Counted from the stretch's first letter, positions 26,883-37,045 are shown. The stretch: DNA of 64,000 nucleotides from Candidatus Moraniibacteriota bacterium (GCA_028711705.1 JAQTRS010000001.1:201657-265656), one strand, 5' to 3'. The notes: generated by a model from the letters alone, not told the origin. Program-made: numbers and translations.

Positions 26883-27323
26883 TTACTCCAATGAAAGATA
26901 CTGCGTCGGCTTCAGGATGGCCGCAGGATTCGTCTTCCACTCATCGGAGACATCCGCATAAAGCTCAAGCTCATTGCCGTCGGGATCGAGGATATAGAGG
27001 CTGTGGGTGACACTGTGATCGGCGGATCCGACGATAGTGACGCCTTTTTCCAGAAGCTCCTTATACGCCTGCTTCACGCTTTCCGTTCCATCCCCTATCT
27101 TGAACCCGATATGGTACAATCCCGGCTCAACACCGCGCTTCACCTTGGGCGGGCCCCCGATCTCGATCAGCAGCAATTCATGATGCGTGCGTCCCGAAGA
27201 AAAGAGGGCCGTCTGGCGATCGCAGGCGATTTGCGTGAACCCGAGCGTATCACGGTAGAAGTCCGCCAAGCGGGTCAGATTGGTCACATACAGCACGATA
27301 TGGCCCAGTTCCTTGATATGCAT
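26883..27323 (-). CDS. VOC-family protein (glyoxalase/bleomycin-resistance/extradiol dioxygenase fold)
   Basis: Start trimmed to MHIKELGHIVLYVTNL. Paired beta-alpha-beta-beta-beta modules with metal-ligand H/E residues. Confidence 0.65.
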   Translation of the reverse strand: MHIKELGHIVLYVTNLTRLADFYRDTLGFTQIACDRQTALFSSGRTHHELLLIEIGGPPKVKRGVEPGLYHIGFKIGDGTESVKQAYKELLEKGVTIVGSADHSVTHSLYILDPDGNELELYADVSDEWKTNPAAILKPTQYLSLE

Positions 27324-27563
27324 AGGGTATAAAAAATATCGGATTATGGCGGCGCGTTCACGAAAAATAGCCTCGCTTAATACTTCCATCTTACAACATC
27401 CGCGCCGCTTAGCCAAACTTGCAGAGTTTTACAGGAAGCATATAATGAGAGAAGAAACTACCACATATCGTATGGTTTCTTAATTTGCTAACACAAGACG
27501 ATCATCAAAAACATGTTTGCAGGGGGAGTTTATTTATAAAGTGCCCATAAAAACACAACCATT

Positions 27564-29771
27564 ATGTCACACGCGCCGTCTTCGTCCCGCACCGTTTCAT
27601 CCAAAGTCCTGACCATCAAATCCCTCATCAAACGCGATGGCCGAAAAGTTCCGTTCAAAGGCAATAAAATCGCAAGCGCCGTCAGCAAGGCTTTCGAAGC
27701 GACCGATGAGGGATCGCCCAAGGACGCGCAGCGTGTCGCCAAAAAAGTCATCGCCTTGCTTGAAAAGCAAGCCCGCGCGATATTCAAGACGACGCATAAA
27801 AGATACATACCCGCCATCGAAGACGTCCAAGACTATGTCGAGAAAGTCCTCATGATACTTGACTTCGAAGAAACCGCCAAAGCCTATATCCTCTATCGGG
27901 AACAGAGGCGTCAGGCGCGCGAGGCCGAAACCGCGCTCGATCACGCCGTCTCGCTCGTCGATAACTACCTTGGCAATCTCGATTGGAAGGTCAAAGAGAA
28001 CGCCAATATGGCCTACTCTCTCCAGGGTCTCAATAACTACATTTCCTCCGCTATCAGCTCTAAGTACTGGATGCATCGCATCTACCCTGCCGATATCCGT
28101 GAGGCGCATGAATCCGGCGACCTCCACATCCACGACCTGCAACTCGTCGCCGCCTATTGCTGCGGCTGGGATCTGCAAGACCTCATCCGCCGCGGCTTCA
28201 CGGGCGTTCCCGGCAAAGTCGCCTGCAAACCCGCCAAGCACTTCGGCGCCATCTTGGGGCAGATGGTCAATTTCATTTATACCCTCCAGGGCGAAGTGGC
28301 CGGCGCCCAGGCCTTCTCCAGCTTCGACACCTTGCTCGCGCCCTTCATCCGCTACGACAAACTTACCTACTCCCAAGTCAAACAGGAAATCCAGTCCTTC
28401 GTCTTCAATATGAACGTCTCAACGCGCGTCGGCTTCCAAACCCCCTTCTCCAATATCACCATGGATATCAATCCACCCGCCATGCTCGCAAAAGAGCATG
28501 TGATTCGCGGCGGCGAAGTCCAGAAAGAAACCTATGCCGACTTCCCTAAGGAAATGGCGATGATCAACCGCGCTTTCGCCGAAGTCATGACCGAGGGCGA
28601 TGCGACAGGACGCATCTTCACCTTCCCCATCCCGACCTACAATATCACCAAAGATTTCGACTGGGACGATAAGAGTTTCGATCCGGTCTGGGAAATGACC
28701 GTCAAATACGGCATTCCCTACTTCGCCAATTTCGTGAATTCCGACATGCATCCTGATGACGCGCGCAGCATGTGCTGCCGCCTGCGCCTCGACAATCGGG
28801 AACTGCGCAAGCGCGGCGGCGGACTCTTCGGCGCCAATCCTCTCACCGGATCCATCGGCGTCGTCACCATCAATCTCCCGCGCCTGGGTTATCTTGCCAA
28901 AAACGAGCAGGACTTCTTCGTAAGACTCGACCATCAGATGGATCTTGCCAAAACCAGCCTCGAAATGAAGCGCACCATCGTCGAGCGGCTCACGGACAAA
29001 GGCCTCTATCCCTACACCAAATTCTATCTCTCCGCCATCAAGGAACGTTTCGGCACCTATTGGAAGAATCATTTCGGCACCATCGGACTGGTCGGCACCA
29101 ACGAGGCCATCCAAAACCTCTTGGGCGCCGAAACGACCATTACCACCGCCCAAGGCCAGGCCTTCGCCCAAAAAATCCTCAAACACATGCGCAAACGCCT
29201 CGAGGGCTACCAAAAAGAAACCAACAACCTCTATAACCTCGAGGCCACACCCGCGGAAGGCACCGCCTATCGCCTCGCCCTCCTCGACAAAAAATTCCAC
29301 CCGGACATCTTGGTTGCCAACGAGGCTTCCGTCCACAAGGATAACACCGCCCCCTACTACACCAATTCCTCACATATCCCCGTTGGACACACCGCAGACA
29401 TCTTCGAGGCGCTCGATTTGCAGGATACTCTCCAGACCCTCTATACGGGCGGCACGGTCCTGCACGGATTCCTCGGCGAGCGTATCAATAACATCGAGAC
29501 CGCCAAGAAATTGGTCAGATTGATCACGGAACGTTACAGTCTCCCCTATTTCACCCTCACCCCGACCTTCAGCATCTGCGCCGAGCATGGCTACCTGACC
29601 GGTGAGCAACCCAACTGCCCGCACTGCGAGCGTCCCGCCGAAGTCTATTCCCGCGTCGTCGGCTACATCCGCCCCGTCGAGCAGTGGAATAACGGCAAGC
29701 ACGCCGAATTCGAAGATCGAAAAGAATACGTTTCGGAAGTTTCTTTGATGAACGCGGAAGCTTCTGCATGA
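27564..29771 (+). CDS. nrdD: anaerobic ribonucleoside-triphosphate reductase (class III RNR) with an N-terminal ATP-cone
   Basis: ATP-cone (VLTIKSLIKRDGRKVPF), catalytic core, C-terminal CPHC zinc site and RVVGY glycyl-radical motif. Confidence 0.92.
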   Translation: MSHAPSSSRTVSSKVLTIKSLIKRDGRKVPFKGNKIASAVSKAFEATDEGSPKDAQRVAKKVIALLEKQARAIFKTTHKRYIPAIEDVQDYVEKVLMILDFEETAKAYILYREQRRQAREAETALDHAVSLVDNYLGNLDWKVKENANMAYSLQGLNNYISSAISSKYWMHRIYPADIREAHESGDLHIHDLQLVAAYCCGWDLQDLIRRGFTGVPGKVACKPAKHFGAILGQMVNFIYTLQGEVAGAQAFSSFDTLLAPFIRYDKLTYSQVKQEIQSFVFNMNVSTRVGFQTPFSNITMDINPPAMLAKEHVIRGGEVQKETYADFPKEMAMINRAFAEVMTEGDATGRIFTFPIPTYNITKDFDWDDKSFDPVWEMTVKYGIPYFANFVNSDMHPDDARSMCCRLRLDNRELRKRGGGLFGANPLTGSIGVVTINLPRLGYLAKNEQDFFVRLDHQMDLAKTSLEMKRTIVERLTDKGLYPYTKFYLSAIKERFGTYWKNHFGTIGLVGTNEAIQNLLGAETTITTAQGQAFAQKILKHMRKRLEGYQKETNNLYNLEATPAEGTAYRLALLDKKFHPDILVANEASVHKDNTAPYYTNSSHIPVGHTADIFEALDLQDTLQTLYTGGTVLHGFLGERINNIETAKKLVRLITERYSLPYFTLTPTFSICAEHGYLTGEQPNCPHCERPAEVYSRVVGYIRPVEQWNNGKHAEFEDRKEYVSEVSLMNAEASA

Positions 29772-29834
29772 ATGTAGGATAAATAAAAGGCTGGGACAGA
29801 TATATTTCTCCGTCCCAGCCTGCCAAGGGAAATT

Positions 29835-30299
29835 TCAATCAAAAAGATCTTTCCCTAAATCAATAACTTCATCATTCGTATGAGCACGACCCTCACCGAG
29901 GAAAGATTCGAAAAACCTTGCCATTGGTGATCCGTCTCCGAGAGTTCCTGATCCCTCCATAAAAACAGGTTCTGAGAGCGGATCTGATTTCAAGTACGAT
30001 GCCAATGCCTGGTCTGGAATGTTTACCGCTACCCAATACCAATCTGGTGTATCGGGGATATTATTCTCTTCAATATCCCAAACGTCCCAGACAATAACAC
30101 TGTCTTCCCACCGAACCAAAACCATCGGGATGCCATCACCATCCAGCGCAATACATGGTAAATGGTCAAATGATTCGGCATCATTAGACACATTACCCAT
30201 ACTAGCTAACTGCGTAAGTGAAAATCCATCATTCTTAAGCCACTCTTCAAAGGCTTGTGAATTCTCAAACACCGGTGCTCGTAAAAACGTTATATTCAT
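29835..30299 (-). CDS. hypothetical acidic protein encoded antisense between nrdD and nrdG
   Basis: 154-aa ORF with a GAGGAG RBS 8 nt upstream. Lower GC. No recognisable domain. Confidence 0.5.
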   Translation of the reverse strand: MNITFLRAPVFENSQAFEEWLKNDGFSLTQLASMGNVSNDAESFDHLPCIALDGDGIPMVLVRWEDSVIVWDVWDIEENNIPDTPDWYWVAVNIPDQALASYLKSDPLSEPVFMEGSGTLGDGSPMARFFESFLGEGRAHTNDEVIDLGKDLFD

Positions 30300-30393
30300 T
30301 TATAATTCTCCTCGTTTCGTTGGTCTTTCCTCAGTAATTTTCTCACTGATAAGACACTCAACTATATACCTATAAACAAATTTTGTCAATCCT

Positions 30394-31101
30394 ATGCGTA
30401 TCGCAGGCTTCGAACCGCTCACCCTCATCGATTATCCCGACATTCTCGCCACCGTCGTGTTTACCCCTGGCTGCGCGCTTCGCTGCCCCTACTGCCATAA
30501 CCCGGAACTCATAAGCACCGTCCCGGGAAGCCGCTCGGAGTTTTTCACCGTCAATCGCGAGGATGAATTTTTCGCCTTTCTTGAAAAACGGAGAGGGTTG
30601 CTCGACGGTGTCGTCATCACGGGCGGCGAACCCACTCTCCATCCCAATCTCCTTGATTTCATCCGCCGCGTCAAAGCCATGGGCTTTCTTGTCAAACTCG
30701 ATACCAATGGCATTTTTCCTGACAAAGTGACGGAGATACTCGCCACCGGCCTTGTGGATCACTGGGCCATGGACATCAAGCACAGCCCGAAAAAATATCC
30801 CCTCGCCTCCGGCGTCCCTATCCCTATCGAACGCTTCCAGCAGTCCGCCAGACTGTTGATGAAAAGCGGCGCTTCCTATGAATTCCGTACCACCGTCGTC
30901 CCGGGCATCCACGAACCCGAGGACTTCATCGCTATCGGCAAGTGGATCGCCGGGGCGACCAACTACTACCTCCAGGCCTTTCGATCGATAAAAATCGCCG
31001 ACGAGAGCCTCCGAAATCGGATCAAAGGGAAAACCATCGACCTTAAGGTCATCCGCAACTCCCTGCTTCCCTACCTCCCGTCGGTCGGCATCCGGGAATA
31101 A
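30394..31101 (+). CDS. nrdG: anaerobic ribonucleoside-triphosphate reductase activating protein (radical SAM)
   Basis: CALRCPYCHN CxxxCxxC cluster motif and GGEP glycine-rich SAM motif. Confidence 0.88.
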   Translation: MRIAGFEPLTLIDYPDILATVVFTPGCALRCPYCHNPELISTVPGSRSEFFTVNREDEFFAFLEKRRGLLDGVVITGGEPTLHPNLLDFIRRVKAMGFLVKLDTNGIFPDKVTEILATGLVDHWAMDIKHSPKKYPLASGVPIPIERFQQSARLLMKSGASYEFRTTVVPGIHEPEDFIAIGKWIAGATNYYLQAFRSIKIADESLRNRIKGKTIDLKVIRNSLLPYLPSVGIRE

Positions 31102-31144
31102 AAGAAAAGGTTCGGCGTACTAGGAGGTAGCGACACCTTAAGAA

Positions 31145-31693
31145 ATGAATCATACTCCTATGAAAATTTCTGAAAAGCTGCCCCAGTTCGATCACGCTCC
31201 CGTCCTTTTGGCGGTCACAGGTGAATATGAAGCCTGTTTTTATAGGGTATTTTCGGGAGCGGTCGAGCTCAAGCAGACCATAAAGCATATCCCGCGCGAA
31301 GAAATCCCTGGGAAAGACGAGGGATTCTTGTCTCGCAACGGAAGCTTGCCAAGCACCGGCGCCGTGTCCGCCAAAGGCACAAGAGAACTCAATATCCGGA
31401 GGAAATTCTCCAAGGAGGTAGCCCAGACGCTCGATGACATGGCGAGGTATAAGGATATCGACACCATCCACTTCTTCGCCCCGCGCCAGGTGGCCAAACA
31501 GGTGAAGCAGCTCCTTAGCGCCGAGACGAAAAAAATCCTCAAAGAGGAACCCTACGGTAACTTCACCAAGGAATCCCCTCTGGACATCATCCGGAGGATG
31601 CAGGAATTCTACCAAGAGACCCAACCGAAAATCTTCTACACGCAGGCAGAAAAAACCATTCTGGAACGACCCAAAACGAAACCCGGATTGTGA
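31145..31693 (+). CDS. hypothetical protein (possibly eRF1-like 'host attachment protein'/baeRF-type; weak)
   Basis: 182-aa ORF. An AGGAGG lies 17 nt upstream of the first ATG. Family call is from weak pattern resemblance only. Confidence 0.45.
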   Translation: MNHTPMKISEKLPQFDHAPVLLAVTGEYEACFYRVFSGAVELKQTIKHIPREEIPGKDEGFLSRNGSLPSTGAVSAKGTRELNIRRKFSKEVAQTLDDMARYKDIDTIHFFAPRQVAKQVKQLLSAETKKILKEEPYGNFTKESPLDIIRRMQEFYQETQPKIFYTQAEKTILERPKTKPGL

Positions 31694-31707
31694 AGTCCGG
31701 GTTTCGT
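31675..31707. terminator. bidirectional terminator hairpin (GAAACCCGGA...TCCGGGTTTC) between convergent genes
   Basis: Perfect 10-bp stem. Confidence 0.6.
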
Positions 31708-31727
31708 CGTATCCGAGGAAACATTCC

Positions 31728-32120
31728 CTATTTATCGATTTTCGAGAGTTTTCTTGAAGCCCGGATTGAATCGATAAGGAAAAAGCAACCTATCATGCCT
31801 GAAAAAATAACAAATGCCCAGATAACACGCGATAAAGTGACTGCTTTCGGTATCGAAGATCCATCCTGATCCGATACGAAAGGATGGTTCTTCGCGTCCA
31901 GCGGTCGGGCACCGTTAACAATCTCATAGCCATCATCGAAACCATCCCCATCCGTATCGTACTGTTTCGGATCCGTCAGGTAGGTATTTGTTTCCGCCTC
32001 ATCGGTAATGCCATCCACATCGCTATCCTTGAGCGCCGCGTTTGCAGTGAAAATGCCTGAAAAAAATACGCAAAGCGCCGCAAGCGCCGCGTATGAAAAT
32101 TGTTTATGGTTTCCAGACAT
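31728..32120 (-). CDS. secreted protein with thrombospondin-type-3-like calcium-binding Asp repeats (DxDGDG) and a C-terminal TM anchor
   Basis: Start trimmed to MSGNHKQ with an AALCVFFSGIFTANA signal peptide. Contains DSDVDGITDE and DTDGDGFDDGYE motifs. Confidence 0.5.
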   Translation of the reverse strand: MSGNHKQFSYAALAALCVFFSGIFTANAALKDSDVDGITDEAETNTYLTDPKQYDTDGDGFDDGYEIVNGARPLDAKNHPFVSDQDGSSIPKAVTLSRVIWAFVIFSGMIGCFFLIDSIRASRKLSKIDK

Positions 32121-33030
32121 ACGTTTCCATATAATGATTATGTGTCGCGATGCCGTCCTTATCGACAAACACGGCCGGTATGTTCAAGATTTCAGACATG
32201 GCCATCCCTTTCTTCTTTCCGGCGATGAACAATGTTTTAGCGAACACATCCGCTTTTGTCGCATGGGGAGCGATAACCGTCACCGACAACAGATCCGAAG
32301 CCGCACTCTCCCGTGTCGATGGATCGATGATATGATGCCTTTCCCGCCCCTGATGCGTCCAATGCCGGCGATTCCTGCCCGACGTCGCCACAGCCGCATC
32401 CCTCAGGAGCAAGAGCGCCACGGATTCATCCGCCCTTTGCGGATGCTCGATATCGATCGCCCAGTACGGATACCCTTCTTTCGCATTCACTCCCCGCACC
32501 GCTATATCCCCGCCCGCATCGACCATGAAGTTTTCAAAATGCTCACTCAGGAATCGCACCGCCTTATCGATAGCGAATCCTTTTCCTATACCGCCAAGAT
32601 CGATCATCAGGCCCTTGGGCTTCGTCACCGTCCGCGTCGCAGCATCCAGCATGACCTGCGAAAAATCATCCTTCGTTTCCGTCACATAGCCTCCATACGC
32701 ACCCGTATATCCGGACGCCTCCATGACAGGCAATATGCTCGGATCAAACAACCCTCCCGTTCTCTCATAATACCCTTTCGATCGGCGAAGCATATCAAAC
32801 AGTTCTTCCGACACCGCGATCGACTCGCTCATATTCATCTGCCAGAGCTCATTATCCGCGACAAATCGGCTGTATCGCTGCCCGAAATCACGAAACATCC
32901 CGAAGACTTCTTCCAAACAGATCAGGGCTCGCGTATCGTCGGCATCCGTATGCACGATCTCGCACACAATGTCCGTTTTCATAATCGTCCCGAATGCCTC
33001 CTTGCGAACGCTTCTCCACTCCATAATCAT
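32104..33030 (-). CDS. apbE: FAD:protein FMN transferase (flavin transferase ApbE family)
   Basis: MIDLGGIGKGFAIDKAV and DAGGDIAV motifs. No obvious signal peptide. Confidence 0.85.
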   Translation of the reverse strand: MIMEWRSVRKEAFGTIMKTDIVCEIVHTDADDTRALICLEEVFGMFRDFGQRYSRFVADNELWQMNMSESIAVSEELFDMLRRSKGYYERTGGLFDPSILPVMEASGYTGAYGGYVTETKDDFSQVMLDAATRTVTKPKGLMIDLGGIGKGFAIDKAVRFLSEHFENFMVDAGGDIAVRGVNAKEGYPYWAIDIEHPQRADESVALLLLRDAAVATSGRNRRHWTHQGRERHHIIDPSTRESAASDLLSVTVIAPHATKADVFAKTLFIAGKKKGMAMSEILNIPAVFVDKDGIATHNHYMETYVWKP

Positions 33031-33506
33031 TCTTCGTATGAATCAAGGATACCGTTACCGTTCTTATCCGTTTCCGCGTCGTCGAAATACGCGAAATCGT
33101 CCTCATCATGATGGGCATCGAACACATTCGGAACCCCGTCCCCGTCGATATCCGTAAAATACTCACTCTGCTTTACGAGCGGATTCGGATCGATGGCGTC
33201 CACAAGCAGATCCTCGTCCGAATCCTTTCGATACTCCTCATCGGTTACGATAACCGTTTTTGTGACCGGCTTATACTCGGTAACGCTCTGGATAATCTGC
33301 TGGGTTTCAGCGGCCACCGAGGAGCTCGCTGCATCATCAGCCTCTTCCCTGTCCTCATCCTCCTCATCTTCCTCATCATCCTCTGCGGACACGACGGAAA
33401 AAATGGAATTTCTATGCTGTGCGGACTTCGACACGACATCTCCGGACACGGTTCCGAGCAGCATGACAAACAAAAGTGTCGTAACGGTTTGTAGGGAAGA
33501 TTTCAT
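33027..33506 (-). CDS. secreted highly acidic protein with DxDGDG calcium-binding motifs
   Basis: Signal peptide. EDDEEDEEDEDREE run. DIDGDGVPN and DKNGNGILD motifs. Confidence 0.5.
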   Translation of the reverse strand: MKSSLQTVTTLLFVMLLGTVSGDVVSKSAQHRNSIFSVVSAEDDEEDEEDEDREEADDAASSSVAAETQQIIQSVTEYKPVTKTVIVTDEEYRKDSDEDLLVDAIDPNPLVKQSEYFTDIDGDGVPNVFDAHHDEDDFAYFDDAETDKNGNGILDSYEE

Positions 33507-33514
33507 AACGATAC

Positions 33515-33904
33515 TTATGATGTTTTAGTCTTGGATGAGCTCTTCGGCTTGGTCGATACCGGCGATGTCACGACTTTCTGTACCGTGACCGGCTCCACGG
33601 TCGTCTGCGTCACCGTCTTCTGATTATCCTTAACCATTTGAGGCTGATCCTTCAAAAGTTTTTCATACTGATCTTTCGCGTCAGCCATCGATTTGTTCAG
33701 GGCTGCCCGCTGCTGCGCCACACCCAGATAATACCGATAGCGAGCCTCTTGGGCATCTTTTTTAGCGGAGGCTGCTGCCGCCTGTTCGAGAATCAGCTTG
33801 TTCTCCTGCTTCGAAGTCTCCAATGCCACGACTATCATAAGCGGCACGAAAAACGCAGCAAGAACCGATAGCGTAAGAAAAAATCTCGTTCCGATAGTGA
33901 TCAT
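33515..33904 (-). CDS. hypothetical membrane-anchored protein with coiled-coil and a Ser/Thr/Lys-rich tail
   Basis: Single N-terminal TM helix followed by a hydrophilic domain. Confidence 0.45.
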   Translation of the reverse strand: MITIGTRFFLTLSVLAAFFVPLMIVVALETSKQENKLILEQAAAASAKKDAQEARYRYYLGVAQQRAALNKSMADAKDQYEKLLKDQPQMVKDNQKTVTQTTVEPVTVQKVVTSPVSTKPKSSSKTKTS

Positions 33905-33925
33905 AGAGAGTTGCCCTTTCAAAAA

Positions 33926-34396
33926 TTACCGATTATCCTCACGCTCGTCCGTATCCTCTGCATACCCATGGTCCCATGCCGTTCCCGGAACCATGCTTCG
34001 GTATATCGGGGAATCGTGCAGCGCCCTTTCAAGCCGCTCCACCTGGCCGCCACCGAAGAGCGCATAGCCGAGGGAAAAAACCGCGATACCCAAAAACACT
34101 GCCACAACCGAAAGCCGTATCCTATAGAAGGAAAATGACTGTATGAATGATTGATACGCCAAAAAAGCCGTCGCCACAGAAAGCGCTATCAGGATATACG
34201 GAAAATTCTCCACAGAAATTTCACCGGTCCAGTGAATAATGAGCGCTATGGAAAGCGAGGCAACCACGGCAGATATGGTCATAAGCGTGAGCGCTATCAC
34301 GAGTCCGGAAATATCCCTCGCATAAAAAACCAGATGCGATCGCATACGGATATCATCTTTATCGATACGCTGGAGTATTTTTTGCTCTAAGTTCAT
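33926..34396 (-). CDS. hypothetical 3-TM membrane protein immediately downstream of the ECF sigma factor (candidate anti-sigma factor)
   Basis: The stop of the sigma gene and the start of this ORF abut at 34396/34397. The anti-sigma role is inferred from position only. Confidence 0.45.
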   Translation of the reverse strand: MNLEQKILQRIDKDDIRMRSHLVFYARDISGLVIALTLMTISAVVASLSIALIIHWTGEISVENFPYILIALSVATAFLAYQSFIQSFSFYRIRLSVVAVFLGIAVFSLGYALFGGGQVERLERALHDSPIYRSMVPGTAWDHGYAEDTDEREDNR

Positions 34397-34966
34397 TCAA
34401 GTATCTTTTACGAGTTTCTTAAGCTGCGCCTTCGCGCGGTGTATCAGCGTCCCGACCGTCGAGACCGGCTTCTTCAAGATATCGCTTATCTCTTGATAGT
34501 CCTTATCCTCCAGATACCGGAGCACCAGGACTTCTTTGAATTTTATCGGCAGCCGACTCAGTATCTTCTGTACCGCGGCCCGCTCCTCTTTCTTGAAGAG
34601 ATCTTCTTCGATATTCTCATCCGTCGCCAAAACCGACGCCAACTCGGTGTTCTCATCCAAAGAAATGCTATTGTGCCTCTTGTTCCTTCGCCAGTAGTCG
34701 ATGCATTCATTATGAGCGATGCCATACAGCCAGCTCGAAAACTTCTGCCCCCGACGGAAGCTCTTTAAGTTTACGTATACCTTGATGAAGATATTCTGGA
34801 CGACATCTTCGACCGCCTCCTTCGTCCCTCCGCCGATACGCCTCACATACCGGGTCAGCTTGCCCTCATACCGGCGGATAAGCGCACCGAAAAATTCCTT
34901 GTCCTGAGGTACGAGCTCCACGATTTCCTCATCCGTTTTATTTTCAAACTCATGAATATCATCCAT
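34397..34966 (-). CDS. RNA polymerase sigma-70 factor, ECF subfamily
   Basis: Region 2 (FFGALIRRYEGKLTRYVRR...SWLYGIAHNECIDYWRR) and region 4 (VLVLRYLEDKDYQEISDIL) motifs. Start trimmed to MDDIHEF. Confidence 0.85.
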   Translation of the reverse strand: MDDIHEFENKTDEEIVELVPQDKEFFGALIRRYEGKLTRYVRRIGGGTKEAVEDVVQNIFIKVYVNLKSFRRGQKFSSWLYGIAHNECIDYWRRNKRHNSISLDENTELASVLATDENIEEDLFKKEERAAVQKILSRLPIKFKEVLVLRYLEDKDYQEISDILKKPVSTVGTLIHRAKAQLKKLVKDT

Positions 34967-35134
34967 AGCATGAAAGAAAACTTGATTATACACGTATTCA
35001 TAAGTAGAGAGGCACATGAAAAGGGCTCATGTAAACACCTCCGAGGGCTTTGGTTCGTTAGATTCTACCCAGCGTGGTGTGATGGATTGAGGAATGCGAG
35101 GCCCTTTCGTGTATATGCGGACTTCTTCAGTATA

Positions 35135-35773
35135 CTACATCACTTCGATTGTGTGCGCAACGCTCCCTTTCTGGGATTTTTTTCGTTCTTGGAGATAATG
35201 AACCACGCCCGGGAGGATCGAGATGATGATGATAGCGCCGACTATCGGCAACAGATAGTGATCGATATTGGGAATGGAGCTGCCGAGCCAATATCCGAGC
35301 ACCGTCAGGCCGAATGTCCACACCAAAGCGCCCGCGATATTATAGAACAGAAACGTCGGCTTATGCATCTTCGCGACACCGGCGAGAATGGGGGCGAAGG
35401 TACGCACAACGGGAATGAAACGAGCGATCATAACCACCTTTCCACCGTATTTATCGTAAAAAGTCTGAGCTTTGGTTACATGAGCCTTCTTGAAAAGCAA
35501 AGAGTCTTCTTTGCTGAAAATGGCCGGGCCGATCTTATAACCGAAGGCGTATCCCAATATATTGCCCGTCACCGCCGCCACGAAGAGCAGGGATACCAGT
35601 GCCCAGATATTGAGAAACCCCTGCGATGCGAGAAATCCCGCCACGAATAGAAGACTGTCTCCGGGTAAGAAAAATCCCAGGAAAAGCCCTGTCTCGGCAA
35701 ACACGACGCCGAGCAATCCGGTGTACCCGGCAGCCTTGATGAAATCAACCAGATTGAACCCTAAAAATTCCAT
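35135..35773 (-). CDS. DedA-family (VTT/SNARE-associated domain) membrane protein
   Basis: GLLGVVFAETGLFLGFFLPGDSLLFVAG motif. Start trimmed to MEFLGFN. Confidence 0.8.
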   Translation of the reverse strand: MEFLGFNLVDFIKAAGYTGLLGVVFAETGLFLGFFLPGDSLLFVAGFLASQGFLNIWALVSLLFVAAVTGNILGYAFGYKIGPAIFSKEDSLLFKKAHVTKAQTFYDKYGGKVVMIARFIPVVRTFAPILAGVAKMHKPTFLFYNIAGALVWTFGLTVLGYWLGSSIPNIDHYLLPIVGAIIIISILPGVVHYLQERKKSQKGSVAHTIEVM

Positions 35774-35921
35774 GAAAATAGATTTTAATATAATTACATT
35801 GCCGGGATAAGAGCCTGAAATGTTTCCGATCCGCCCCAAAACGGTGTTTCTATTCTAGCAGAAAAGGGCAAAAAAGACGAGCCCGAGGGCCCGCCTTTTT
35901 TCTTTAAGCTTGATACGAGGC

Positions 35922-36323
35922 TTATTTCAAAGTCACGGAAGCACCAGCTTCTTCCAACTTCTTCTTCATCGTTTCAGCGTCAGCCTTCGCGACCTTCTCC
36001 TTGATTACCTTCGGAGCGGCGTCAACGAGGTCCTTCGCTTCCTTCAAACCAAGACCGGTGATCTCACGGACAGCCTTGATAACATTGATCTTCTGCGCAC
36101 CCGCAGCGGTCAATTCAACATCGAAATCGCTCTTCTCTTCAGCAGCCTCAGCAGGAGCGGCAGCAGCAGCACCCATCATTACAGGAGCGGCAGCGCTTAC
36201 GCCGAACTTGTCCTCAAGAACCTTCACGAGCTCGGACAAATCGAGCACGCTCATCTTTTCGATTTCAGCGACGATCTTCTCGAACTTCTCCGGAACCACT
36301 ACGTCCTTTTTTTCTTCTGTCAT
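35922..36323 (-). CDS. rplL: 50S ribosomal protein L7/L12
   Basis: Ala-rich hinge and conserved C-terminal domain ([23 protein letters not shown]). Confidence 0.93.
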   Translation of the reverse strand: MTEEKKDVVVPEKFEKIVAEIEKMSVLDLSELVKVLEDKFGVSAAAPVMMGAAAAAPAEAAEEKSDFDVELTAAGAQKINVIKAVREITGLGLKEAKDLVDAAPKVIKEKVAKADAETMKKKLEEAGASVTLK

Positions 36324-36352
36324 ACGATTGTACTTAAAATAAATAATACTTA

Positions 36353-36874
36353 CTACGCAGCCTTCTTATCGGCAACCGCCTGCAATACTCGGACAAAGCC
36401 GCTGATATTGCCATCCAAAACCCGGACGAAGCTTGCGATAGGAGCCTGCAAGGTTCCCAATAATTTCGCGCGCATCTCGTCTTGTGTCGGAAGGAGTGCC
36501 AATGCCTTCACCTCTTCGACCGAAAGTGCCTTCGCTCCCAATGCTCCTCCGACGATAATCTTCTTATCCTTGAAGGGCTTCGCGAACTCGGCTACCGCCT
36601 TTGCGGCAGACACCTCGTCAGAAGAGAAAACGGCGGCCACCTGACCCACGAGCTTGCGGCCATTCACTTCGACACCGGCATTTTCCAATGCGATATTGAG
36701 AAGTGTCTTCTTGAGGACGACCATGCTCGATCCGGATGTGCGGAGCGTTCGCTTGAGCGCTGTCACTTCCTTTACGGTCAATCCCTTGAAATCAGCGAAA
36801 ACCAAAGCCTTGGAAGACTTGATCTTCTCACCGATGGACGCAATCAACTGTTCTTTCTGTGCTTTTGTTTGCAT
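36353..36874 (-). CDS. rplJ: 50S ribosomal protein L10
   Basis: Start [37 protein letters not shown]. Confidence 0.92.
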   Translation of the reverse strand: MQTKAQKEQLIASIGEKIKSSKALVFADFKGLTVKEVTALKRTLRTSGSSMVVLKKTLLNIALENAGVEVNGRKLVGQVAAVFSSDEVSAAKAVAEFAKPFKDKKIIVGGALGAKALSVEEVKALALLPTQDEMRAKLLGTLQAPIASFVRVLDGNISGFVRVLQAVADKKAA

Positions 36875-37045
36875 ACCTAGATGTACATTAAAAAATCTGC
36901 GTTTTTTCCGCAGATATAGTAGGGCTCGACCCGATATGCAAGCCCTCGGGCTCGCCTATCAGCACACTTCCTCATGAGGACTTACGAATGCCTCAGGTCT
37001 ACGGAAAAAGTATTCGATTGTAACCTGCCCTATCATTCCGGACAA
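36875..37045 (-). promoter_or_regulatory. putative rplJ leader: promoter TTGTCC-17-TACAAT (37017-37045), structured leader of about 135 nt, and hairpin ATCTGCG-N7-CGCAGAT plus U5 (36895-36915) 20 nt upstream of a start codon with no clear SD
   Basis: Read on the minus strand. Contains the CCTCATGAGG palindrome and GGGCTCG direct repeats. Resembles the L10(L12)4 autoregulatory leader/attenuator arrangement. Confidence 0.4.
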
